Shown in pieces: positions 17,818 to 26,074 of a stretch of DNA of 45,349 nt (position 1 is its first letter; the number at the start of each line of letters is the position of its first letter). Origin of the DNA: Candidatus Krumholzibacteriota bacterium (GTDB taxonomy: Bacteria; Krumholzibacteriota; Krumholzibacteriia; LZORAL124-64-63); contig JBDLKA010000021.1 of assembly GCA_039714075.1 (NCBI GenBank), positions 1-45,349 on the forward strand. The letters are read 5' to 3'. The notes beneath the pieces were generated by a model that saw only the letters and a list, made by a program, of their open reading frames with translations, had not been told where the DNA came from and made no database searches. The position numbers and the translations under genes are program-made.

Positions 17818-18828
17818 ATGAAGATCCTCGGTATCGAAACCTCCTGCGACGACACGAGCGTGGCCCTGTACGACAGCGACCGCGGCGTGGCGGAAAACCT
17901 GGTCTCCTCGCAGGTGGACCTGCACGACCACTTCGGCGGCGTGGTGCCCGAACTGGCCAGCCGCGCCCATCTGGTCAACCTGTTGCCGCTGGTGGACTAT
18001 CTGCTGGAGCGGCAGAAACTGACCCTGAAGGATCTGGACGGGGTGGCGGTCACGGCGGGGCCCGGGTTGATCGGCGCCCTGCTGGTGGGCCTGTCCACCG
18101 GCAAGGCCCTGAGCATGGCGGCCGATTTGCCCCTGGTCGGGATCCATCACATCGAAGGACATATCCTGGCCAACGCGCTGACCGCCGACATGGTTTTGCC
18201 CGCGGTGGTCCTGGTGGTGTCCGGCGGGCATACCGAGGTGGTCTACATGCCCGAGGTCGGCCGTTACGAACTGCTGGGCGGCACCCTTGACGACGCCGCG
18301 GGCGAGGCTTTCGACAAGACCGCCAAGCTTCTGGGCCTGCCCTATCCCGGCGGGCCCCACATCGACCGCATGGCGCGCCAGGGCACCGCCGGCAGCTTCA
18401 AGTTTCCGCGGCCCCTGAAAAACGATCCCCGCACGGTTTTCAGTTTCAGCGGTCTCAAGACAGCCGTCCGCGTGGTGGTCGATGACCTTCCCCGTCCCTT
18501 GTCCGAGCAGACCGTGGCCGACGTCAGCTACGAGGTCCAGGAAGCGATCGTGGACTCCCTTTGCCACCGGCTGTTTCAGGCCGCCCGGCGCAAACACGTT
18601 CCCGCCGTCTATCTGGCCGGCGGCGTCTCGGCCAACGGGCGCCTGCGCGAGCGGGTGGCGGCCGAAGCGGCCGAACGGAACCTCCATTTCCTGCCGCCGG
18701 AGCCCGTCTACTGCACCGATAACGCCGCCATGATCGCCTATGCCGGCTGGTGCCATCTGGAGGCCGGACGCCGCGACGGTCTGGACCTGGACAGCTTTCC
18801 CCGCAAGCCACTGACCTCCTGGCGCTGA
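17818..18828 (+). CDS. tsaD: tRNA N6-adenosine threonylcarbamoyltransferase
   Basis: ILGIETSCDDT, GGVVPELASRAH, GPGLIGAL, HHIEGH, VSGGHT, DDAAGEAFDK, FSFSGLKT and CTDNAAMIA. Confidence 0.97.
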   Translation: MKILGIETSCDDTSVALYDSDRGVAENLVSSQVDLHDHFGGVVPELASRAHLVNLLPLVDYLLERQKLTLKDLDGVAVTAGPGLIGALLVGLSTGKALSMAADLPLVGIHHIEGHILANALTADMVLPAVVLVVSGGHTEVVYMPEVGRYELLGGTLDDAAGEAFDKTAKLLGLPYPGGPHIDRMARQGTAGSFKFPRPLKNDPRTVFSFSGLKTAVRVVVDDLPRPLSEQTVADVSYEVQEAIVDSLCHRLFQAARRKHVPAVYLAGGVSANGRLRERVAAEAAERNLHFLPPEPVYCTDNAAMIAYAGWCHLEAGRRDGLDLDSFPRKPLTSWR

Positions 18829-18863
18829 TATCCCGGAAAATCCTCCCAACGCGAAAAAAGCCA

Positions 18864-18890
18864 TACGGTTTCCCCTCTTCCTGCCGATAC
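18864..18890 (+). promoter_or_regulatory. Putative sigma-28 (FliA/SigD)-type promoter of the c-di-GMP cassette
   Basis: TACGGTTT-N11-GCCGATAC versus consensus TAAAGTTT-N11-GCCGATAA, 55 nt upstream of ATG 18946. Confidence 0.4.
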
Positions 18891-18945
18891 AAGGAACAGA
18901 ATATTGGTGGGACGGTGTGCCCGTATGGCGACAAAGAGGGTGGAT

Positions 18946-19956
18946 ATGACCGCGAAAGCGCGCATTCTGGTGGCGGACGACGAGCCTCATATCAGGCGGA
19001 TCCTGCAATTCCTGCTCGAGGAAGAGGGTTTCGAAGTCCATATGGCCGAAGACGGGGAAGAGGCCTGGAAGGCCGTGGCCAGTTTTCAGCCCGATCTGGT
19101 TCTGTTGGACGTCATGATGCCGCGCATGGACGGCTTTGCCGTCCTGGAGATCATTCGCGCCGGCTTCGAAACGGCCCGGCTACCGGTGATCCTGCTGACG
19201 GCCAAGGGCGAGGAACAGGACAAGGTCAAGGGCCTGGCCGGGGGAGCGAACGACTTCATCGTCAAGCCGTTCAACCACGACGAACTTCTGCTGCGGGTCA
19301 GCAACCTGCTGGAGGCCACGCGGCGGGAACGCGAGGCCAACCCCCTGACGGGACTGCCCGGCAACCGGGCGATCGACCGGGAAATCAAGAACCGCATCAC
19401 CCACGACCAGGATTTCGGTTTCATGTACATCGACATGGACCGCTTCAAGAGCTTCAACGACAAGTACGGCTACTCCCGCGGGGACCGCGCCATTTCCTTC
19501 CTGGCCGGCGTCCTGGCCGGGATCACCCAGAAATACGGCACAGGCCGGGAATTCGTGGGCCATGTCGGCGGGGACGATTTCGTGGTCGTGGCCGGTTCGG
19601 AGGAAGCCGAACGTCTGGCGCACCGCATCATCCGGGAGTTCGACGAAGGCAAGGCCGATCTCCATGATGAAGAAGACTTCAATAACGGTTACCTGGAGAT
19701 CGAAAGCCGCAGCGGCCAGGTGGAACGCTTCCCCCTGATCACCCTGACCCTGGCCCTGGTCCCTGATTGCCGCGGCCGTTTCGCGCATCCGGCCGAATTG
19801 AGCGACACCCTGGTCGAATTGAAGAGATACGGCAAGACCAAGCCCCACAGCGTGGTGGTCCTGGAACGGCGGTCGGCCGAAGACAAGCCGGAAATGATCG
19901 CCGTCGTGGCGGATCAGGAAATGCCCGACGATTCCCCCGGCGAACCCGCCTCCTGA
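18946..19956 (+). CDS. Response regulator with diguanylate cyclase domain (REC-GGDEF, GGDDF variant)
   Basis: REC motifs ADDE, LDVMMP, LTAK and KPF. Cyclase motifs NPLTGLPGN, DMDRFKSFNDKYGY..GD and GHVGGDDF (19567-19581). Confidence 0.9.
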   Translation: MTAKARILVADDEPHIRRILQFLLEEEGFEVHMAEDGEEAWKAVASFQPDLVLLDVMMPRMDGFAVLEIIRAGFETARLPVILLTAKGEEQDKVKGLAGGANDFIVKPFNHDELLLRVSNLLEATRREREANPLTGLPGNRAIDREIKNRITHDQDFGFMYIDMDRFKSFNDKYGYSRGDRAISFLAGVLAGITQKYGTGREFVGHVGGDDFVVVAGSEEAERLAHRIIREFDEGKADLHDEEDFNNGYLEIESRSGQVERFPLITLTLALVPDCRGRFAHPAELSDTLVELKRYGKTKPHSVVVLERRSAEDKPEMIAVVADQEMPDDSPGEPAS

Positions 19957-19960
19957 CCGG

Positions 19961-22381
19961 ATGGTAGTCATGAACGGTTATGCCGACAACGCAACGGCGA
20001 TGTCACCGAGCGCGGATCCGGTCGACCAGGTCATGTCCGCCATCGGATCGGCGGAGGGCCTGCCCGAACTGGGAGATCTGGTCCGGACCTACCTGTCCGC
20101 TTGGACCGCCCTACCCGGGGTGTTGGCTGCCGCCGCTGCCGCGGATCCCCACGGGGCTGTTCCCCTGGACACTTCCACCTGCCGTCACTGCGAATCCTGG
20201 CTGGTCGCCACCCGCCGTCATGCGGGCGAGGATCAACCTTTCGACTGGGTCGATATGGGAGCCGGTTGGACCGGGCTTGCTTCGGCCTGGAGCGGAGGCC
20301 GGAACAACCCTTCCCGAATCATACAGGGCGCCGGCCCGCTGCCCGGCGGGGAACCCTGGTCCGAACCGGGTCACGGTTTCGAACCGGTGGTGTGCTCCGG
20401 TTGGATGATGGCTCCTTTCGAAGTCGGCGGACAGGTGAAATTCGTGTTGGCGGTGGGGTTGGCGGATGATCCGGACGCCGGCAGGGAAGTTCACGGGCAT
20501 TTCGACCGCCTGGTGAAGGCCCTGAAGCCCGTGGTCACCGTCTGGTCCGAGGCCATGGCCCTGGACGCCAGGTTGCGCCGGGCCGATGACAAGAACAAGG
20601 CCCTGACCCGCCTGAACCGGCTGCAGGGGCGGTTCGTGGCCATGGCGAGCCATGAATTCAAGGCGCCCCTGACCTCGATCACGGCCTACACCGATGTTCT
20701 CGACGAACATCTGCAAAGTTCGAATTTCAGTCATGCCGGGGAATTCCTGGGCGTCATCCGCAAAGAAACCGGCCGCCTGCTGCGTATGGTGAACCGGATC
20801 CTCGATTTCACGAAGATGGAACACGGCAGCCTCATGCTGACCCTGCAGCCCGTGAACCTGGAACCCCTGGTCCGGGACACGGTCCGGTCATTGGACCACA
20901 AGATCAGCGCCAAGGATCTGATCGTGGAGGTGGAGGCCCCGCTCGGCCTGCCGCGGGCCATGGTGGATCCAGAACTGATCCGGCAGGTGCTGGTCAATCT
21001 CCTGCACAACGCCGTGAAGTTCACTCCGCCCGGCGGCAGGATCACCGTTTGTCTGCGGGAACAGGAATCGGCCGTGGCCGTCAGTGTGCGCGACAACGGA
21101 CCCGGCATCCCGCAGGAGGACATCCGGCGGATTTTCCGCGAATTCTACCGGGCCGAAAGCGGGACCTCTTCCGAGGACGGAACCGGTCTCGGCCTGACCA
21201 TCGCCCGGCACATCGTGAACCTGCACGGGGGGCACATAGAAGTGGAACGGCGCCCCGGCGGGGGGTCGGATTTCCGGTTCCTGGTGCCCAAGGAAATGGA
21301 CTCCCTGGCTACGCTGGGGGATGTGCTGCGTCTGACCATCGATCCGGAGGAAAGTTACCGGCTGGTGGAGAACCTGTTGTTCCTTCTGGCGGAAATGACG
21401 GGATCGCGCACGGTGATCATGCTTCTGCGGGACGGTGGGGGAGGGCTGGTTCCCGTCGGAGCCCTGGGTCTGGATCTGGATGCCGCCAAGCCCCTGCCCC
21501 TGATCGAGAACCGGGGCTGGACCCGCTTCCTGGAACAAGGCGAAACCGTGACCGATCCGGGTTCCCTGGTCGGTGATCTCGGGTGGTGCCCGAGCAGTGC
21601 GGCCAAGGACGGCTGCCGCATGTACGCGCCGATCGGTGCGGGGGAGTCGGCCCTGGGGTGTGTCATCCTGGGACGGCGCCGCGGACTGGAAAAATACGAC
21701 CAGGCGGACCTGGCCCAGTTGTCGGTCCTGACCGAAATCGTGCGCACGGCCCTGAGCCATCTGGAGACCGGCCTGACGCCGACCACGTCGGCGCTCCGGC
21801 TCCTGTTGCGCATCAGACGCAACGGCGTTCCGACGGCCACGGCGCCGGCCCTGGCCCTGGCCCTGGCCGAAAAGCTGGGCGCCGCGGTGGGCCTGACCAA
21901 ACCGGAGATCAAGCAACTGCAGCTCGCGGCCGTGCTGCACGACGCGGGCATGGCCCAGGTCGAGGAGGAGATCGTCCTCGGCTCGTCGGAACTGAGCATG
22001 GACGAGCGGGATGAAGTCAACCGCCACGTGGATCAGGTGGTGGATATCCTGGGGCCGCTGCTGCTGGATCCGTCAATCGCCCGGATCATTCGTCATCATC
22101 ATGAACGGTTCGACGGAACGGGATATCCGGACGGCCTGGAGGGAGACCGGATTCCCCTGGAATCGCGCCTGCTGGCGGTCATCGACACCTGGTTCTCGCT
22201 GACCAGTGCCCGCCCCTTCCGCGGCGGGTTGTCTCCCGCAGAGGCCCTGGCCGAAATCCGCGCCCACGCCGGCACGCAGCTGGACGGGCGGATCGTCGAG
22301 GAATTCACGCAGGTATTGAACAACCAGGGCGTTTTGACCGACGTTCCTGCGCCCGCCGGACCCACGGGTCCGGGTGTTTGA
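19961..22381 (+). CDS. Hybrid histidine kinase with GAF-like and C-terminal degenerate HD-GYP domain (soluble)
   Basis: SHEFKAPLTSI, NLLHNAVKFT, DNGPGI and GTGLGL, followed by LHDAG...HHHERFDGTGYPDGLEG..IP..SR...D...RPFR. No obvious TM segment. Confidence 0.85.
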   Translation: MVVMNGYADNATAMSPSADPVDQVMSAIGSAEGLPELGDLVRTYLSAWTALPGVLAAAAAADPHGAVPLDTSTCRHCESWLVATRRHAGEDQPFDWVDMGAGWTGLASAWSGGRNNPSRIIQGAGPLPGGEPWSEPGHGFEPVVCSGWMMAPFEVGGQVKFVLAVGLADDPDAGREVHGHFDRLVKALKPVVTVWSEAMALDARLRRADDKNKALTRLNRLQGRFVAMASHEFKAPLTSITAYTDVLDEHLQSSNFSHAGEFLGVIRKETGRLLRMVNRILDFTKMEHGSLMLTLQPVNLEPLVRDTVRSLDHKISAKDLIVEVEAPLGLPRAMVDPELIRQVLVNLLHNAVKFTPPGGRITVCLREQESAVAVSVRDNGPGIPQEDIRRIFREFYRAESGTSSEDGTGLGLTIARHIVNLHGGHIEVERRPGGGSDFRFLVPKEMDSLATLGDVLRLTIDPEESYRLVENLLFLLAEMTGSRTVIMLLRDGGGGLVPVGALGLDLDAAKPLPLIENRGWTRFLEQGETVTDPGSLVGDLGWCPSSAAKDGCRMYAPIGAGESALGCVILGRRRGLEKYDQADLAQLSVLTEIVRTALSHLETGLTPTTSALRLLLRIRRNGVPTATAPALALALAEKLGAAVGLTKPEIKQLQLAAVLHDAGMAQVEEEIVLGSSELSMDERDEVNRHVDQVVDILGPLLLDPSIARIIRHHHERFDGTGYPDGLEGDRIPLESRLLAVIDTWFSLTSARPFRGGLSPAEALAEIRAHAGTQLDGRIVEEFTQVLNNQGVLTDVPAPAGPTGPGV

Positions 22382-22390
22382 GGAGTGGCA

Positions 22391-22780
22391 ATGAACGATT
22401 ATCCCAGGGTTCTGGTCGTGGACGACGAAAAGCCCATCTCCACCCTTCTGGCCCAGACGTTCGAGCAGGAGGGGTACGAGGTCGTCAACGCCTTCGACGG
22501 CATCGACTGCATGAACAAGATGGCCACCTTCCGCCCGGACGTGGTGATCATGGACATCATGATGCCGAAGCTGGACGGGGTCGATACCACCCGTCTCATC
22601 CGGCGGAACCGGAGCTACGAGGACACCATCGTCGTCGCTTTGTCCGCCAAGTCGGACGAGGAGACGCGCCAGCGGATGAAGGACGCGGGCGCCAACCTGT
22701 TCATGAGAAAGCCGTTCGTCATAGCCAAACTGCTGGCCAGGGTTTCCCGGATGCTGGAAATCCAGTCCGGATCGCGTTGA
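22391..22780 (+). CDS. Single-domain response regulator (CheY-like)
   Basis: AGGAG RBS at 22381; VVDDE, MDIMMPKLDG, LSAK and KPF. Confidence 0.93.
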   Translation: MNDYPRVLVVDDEKPISTLLAQTFEQEGYEVVNAFDGIDCMNKMATFRPDVVIMDIMMPKLDGVDTTRLIRRNRSYEDTIVVALSAKSDEETRQRMKDAGANLFMRKPFVIAKLLARVSRMLEIQSGSR

Positions 22781-22790
22781 GGTAAGCGGA

Positions 22791-25400
22791 ATGTTGAAGG
22801 CCCCAGCCATCGGAATGCTGATCGCTCCTGTGACGGGAATCGTTGCCGCGGCCGCGGTGCCGATGCCGGTCGCGGTCGTGCTGGTCATCCTGACGGCGGT
22901 GGGGGTGTGGGGGGCCATGATGGGGTTGCGGATCATGGCGGCCCGGAGGCGTCTGGAAGTCAAAACGGAAGTCCTGCGCGGCCGCACCAGGACACTGGAA
23001 AACATCCTGGCGGTTTCCGCCCGCATCAACGCCACCAGGAACCTGGCGGAACTGGCGGACAAGTTGGCCACGGCGGTGGAGGAAGTAACAGGATTCCGGC
23101 GCGTGATCCTGTATCTGTGGTCCGACGCCACGAAGGCCTTCGAGGCCCGGTCTTTCGCGGGCATCACCCCGGACGAACAGGCCCATCTGGCGGGGGCTCA
23201 GATCCTGCCCTCGGACTATGATGAATTGAGCCGGGAGGAATGCCGGTACTCCAACTGCTATTTCCTGGACCCCCCGGGGACCCGCCGGCAGACCGTGCCC
23301 TGCGTGGATCTGCTGCCGGATTCCCGCAAATGGAAAACGGGCCAGCGCCTGATCGCGCCGTTGGCCTCGTCCGGCGGCGACGTCGTCGGATACCTCGATC
23401 TGGCGGAGCCCGCGTCGGGCCTGGTGCCCGATCCGGCGGCGATCCGCCAGCTGGAGTTCCTGACCCGCCAGGCCACCACCGCGGTCGAGTCCGCGGAAGT
23501 GTACGATCACCTGGCGCGGAAGAACGCCGATCTTTCCGTCGCCTCGGAAAAGCTCAACAGCCTGGCCGAAATGAAAAAGAACTTCGTGGCCAATGTCAGC
23601 CACGAACTGCGCACGCCGCTGACCTCCATTTCCGCCTACACCGAACTGCTGCAGAAGAACCTGAACACCCTGGCGCCCGAATCACTGGACGAGTTCCTGG
23701 AGGTGATCCACGACGAGAGCGTCAAACTGACCGGGATCATCAACGACATCCTGGACCTGAGCCAGATGGAGAACAACCGGCCGTCCATGAAGCAGGTGGA
23801 TACGGACCTGGTCGCCCTGGTGAAGCACCTGGAGGATTCCTGGACCAGCCGCGCCCGCAAGATGAACATCAAGTTCAAACTCGACGCCGGAGCCGAGGTC
23901 ATCCAGCTGGCCCTGGACCCGCTGCTGATCCAGCAGATGCTGACCCATCTGGTGGGCAACGCGTTCAAGTTCACTCCGGCCGGAGGCCAGGTGCGGGTCG
24001 GCTTGCAGGAGACGGGCACCGCGGTTTGCCTGACGGTCCAGGATACGGGGATCGGCATCCCCGCGGACAAGCTGGGCGACATCTTCGAGAGTTTCTACCA
24101 GGTCGATTCCTCCGCCACGCGGAGGCACAATGGGCAGGGGGTGGGCCTGGCCATCTGCAAGGATATCGTCGTTCACCACGACGGCCGGATCTGGGCGGAA
24201 AACGTGGAGCCCCAGGGCGCCCGGATCACCGTTCTGCTGCCGCGGCGGCCGGCCGTCCTGCAGCCGGCGGATCCCGTTTCCCTGACCAGCCTGCCCTTCG
24301 AAGCCGGTGAATTCGTGCAGCGGTTGATGCACTGGGTGAGCGAGAGCCTGGGCATCCAGGTGGCCGCCCTGATGGTGCCGGACCCCACGGGAAACCATCT
24401 GACGATCCGTGCGGCCATCGGGCTGCCGGAATCGGTGGTCCAGAGCGCCCGGGTGCGCCGGGGTGCGGGTTTCGCGGGCCGGGTCTGGGAGTCGGGGGAG
24501 ACCCTCCTGGTGAACGACCTGACACGGGACACCCGGTTCCGCCGCGAACTGAACGAACCCCGCTACTCGACCCCTTCATTGCTGTGCGTTCCGCTGAAGG
24601 ACGGCGACGAGGTCGTGGCCGTCATCTCGGTGAACAACAAGGTCGACCGCACCGCCCTGGACACCGACGACATGGTGTTCCTGGAATCGCTGGCGCCCCG
24701 CCTGACGCGCTTGCTGACCCGCTACGAATCCTGGCAGGACGGAGCGCGCGATTTCGAGGCCATCCGCGATACCCTGCGGTCCACCACCGCGGTGGGACAC
24801 ATGCGCCACGAAAGCCTGCTGGAAGTATGTCAGGAAATCTGTCTGGCTTCCGCCCGCCGGGTCATGCTGCCGGGTGACGAGCTGGAGCATCTGGCCTTTT
24901 CGCTGCAGTTCTACGACGTGGGCCTGGACAGCGTTCCGGCCCAGGTGTTGAGCAAGCCGGGCCGGTTGAATGAAGAGGAACGGCGCCACGTGGAGAAACA
25001 CGTGGACGCGGGTCTGGGCATCCTGGAGTCGCTCCAGCTGAACGCCAAGGTCCGGCAGCTCATTCTGCATCACCACGAGAATTTCGACGGGTCTGGATAT
25101 CCGGTGGGCCTGGCGGGAGAGGCGATCCCTCTCGGTTCGCGCCTGATCCGGCTGGCCGATACCCTCTCGTCGCTTTTGAACCATCGCCCGTGGCGTCCCT
25201 CCATGGGATTGGACGAGGCCATGGACGTGATCCGGGGAGGCATCGGCCGGGAGTACTGCCCGCGCATGTCCGAGGTCTTCCTGGACGAGACCGAGGCGCG
25301 CCGGCAGCGCATAGTCGATCTGCAGGACCGGGAAGGTGCCGGAACCGACCTGAAACGCCTGGCCCTTGACCACGGCGTGCCCGTGCCGGTTGAAGCTTGA
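22791..25400 (+). CDS. Membrane-anchored GAF-HisKA-HATPase-GAF-HD-GYP(degenerate) hybrid kinase
   Basis: N-terminal hydrophobic segment, GAF, SHELRTPLTSI, GNAFKFT, DTGIGI, GVGLAI, a second GAF (GFAGRV...D.RF...SLLCVPL), then FYDVG...HHHENFDGSGYP.GL.GE.IP..SR...D...RPWR. Confidence 0.87.
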   Translation: MLKAPAIGMLIAPVTGIVAAAAVPMPVAVVLVILTAVGVWGAMMGLRIMAARRRLEVKTEVLRGRTRTLENILAVSARINATRNLAELADKLATAVEEVTGFRRVILYLWSDATKAFEARSFAGITPDEQAHLAGAQILPSDYDELSREECRYSNCYFLDPPGTRRQTVPCVDLLPDSRKWKTGQRLIAPLASSGGDVVGYLDLAEPASGLVPDPAAIRQLEFLTRQATTAVESAEVYDHLARKNADLSVASEKLNSLAEMKKNFVANVSHELRTPLTSISAYTELLQKNLNTLAPESLDEFLEVIHDESVKLTGIINDILDLSQMENNRPSMKQVDTDLVALVKHLEDSWTSRARKMNIKFKLDAGAEVIQLALDPLLIQQMLTHLVGNAFKFTPAGGQVRVGLQETGTAVCLTVQDTGIGIPADKLGDIFESFYQVDSSATRRHNGQGVGLAICKDIVVHHDGRIWAENVEPQGARITVLLPRRPAVLQPADPVSLTSLPFEAGEFVQRLMHWVSESLGIQVAALMVPDPTGNHLTIRAAIGLPESVVQSARVRRGAGFAGRVWESGETLLVNDLTRDTRFRRELNEPRYSTPSLLCVPLKDGDEVVAVISVNNKVDRTALDTDDMVFLESLAPRLTRLLTRYESWQDGARDFEAIRDTLRSTTAVGHMRHESLLEVCQEICLASARRVMLPGDELEHLAFSLQFYDVGLDSVPAQVLSKPGRLNEEERRHVEKHVDAGLGILESLQLNAKVRQLILHHHENFDGSGYPVGLAGEAIPLGSRLIRLADTLSSLLNHRPWRPSMGLDEAMDVIRGGIGREYCPRMSEVFLDETEARRQRIVDLQDREGAGTDLKRLALDHGVPVPVEA

Positions 25401-25425
25401 CAAACACACAACGAGAGGATCGGCC

Positions 25426-25800
25426 TTGTACAAGGTTCTGATAGCCGACGACGAACACAACATCCGCAATATCCTCGATTTCAGTCTCCACGCCGAAGGG
25501 TTTCTGGTCGTCTCCGCGTTGAACGGGGAAGACGCCTTCAAACTGGCGGTGGAAACCTCTCCGGACCTGATCATCCTGGACGTGATGATGCCGGGGCAGG
25601 GCGGGGTCGAAACCTGCCGGGCCCTGAAAGGGGACAAGCGCACCACCGCGATCCCCGTCGTCCTGCTGACGGCGCTGGCCGAACAGAAGGACCGGACCGC
25701 CGGCCGCGAGGCCGGGGCCGATGCCTACATCACCAAACCCTTCAGCCCCCAGAAAGTCATCGACACCGTGCTGGACCTGCTCGGCGTGCCCAGCGATTAG
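25426..25800 (+). CDS. Single-domain response regulator (CheY-like)
   Basis: GAGAGG RBS and TTG start; IADDE, LDVMMP, LTA and KPFSP. Confidence 0.92.
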   Translation: MYKVLIADDEHNIRNILDFSLHAEGFLVVSALNGEDAFKLAVETSPDLIILDVMMPGQGGVETCRALKGDKRTTAIPVVLLTALAEQKDRTAGREAGADAYITKPFSPQKVIDTVLDLLGVPSD

Positions 25801-25960
25801 CAGGCTGTTGAAAAACTCCTCCCGGCGTCATGCACGCCTTGCCAAACCGAGCTCGGCGTTGCGAATTCTTGCCGTAGCTATGGCTACGGCGGCGAATCCG
25901 CGCCTTGATCTCGGCTCGGCAAGGCGCACCTGCCACCAGAATGAGTTTTTCAACAGCCTG
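25801..25960. mobile_element. MITE-like non-autonomous element forming a long fold-back
   Basis: Perfect inverted repeat AGCAGGCTGTTGAAAAACTC (25799-25818) / GAGTTTTTCAACAGCCTGCT (25943-25962), nested internal stems, no coding capacity, flanked by TTAG and CTTG. Confidence 0.75.
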
Positions 25961-25994
25961 CTTGGGCCTTCGCCGCGCCGGTCCTTCTCGGACG

Positions 25995-26023
25995 TGGACG
26001 AGGTGACCCGGGCGCGGTAGAAT
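25995..26023 (+). promoter_or_regulatory. Putative sigma-70 promoter for priA
   Basis: TGGACG-N17-TAGAAT about 50 nt upstream of the priA start. Confidence 0.45.
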
Positions 26024-26074
26024 CCGTCCCTGGTTCATCCCGCCGTTCCGGCGGCCACCGGTCGTTTCCGCAGC

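Noticed and set aside
19430..19581. Hypr-GGDEF (3',3'-cGAMP synthase) possibility
   Set aside because: The specificity position retains Asp (NDKYGYSRGD), not the Ser of GacA-type enzymes.
25801..25960. CRISPR repeat, tRNA or simple intrinsic terminator
   Set aside because: It is a single nested inverted structure with no repeat-spacer periodicity and no cloverleaf, and is far longer than a terminator.
25721..26020. 99-aa ORF spanning the fold-back element
   Set aside because: It overlaps the regulator out of frame and reads through the inverted repeat, with no RBS or protein features. It is not a transposase.
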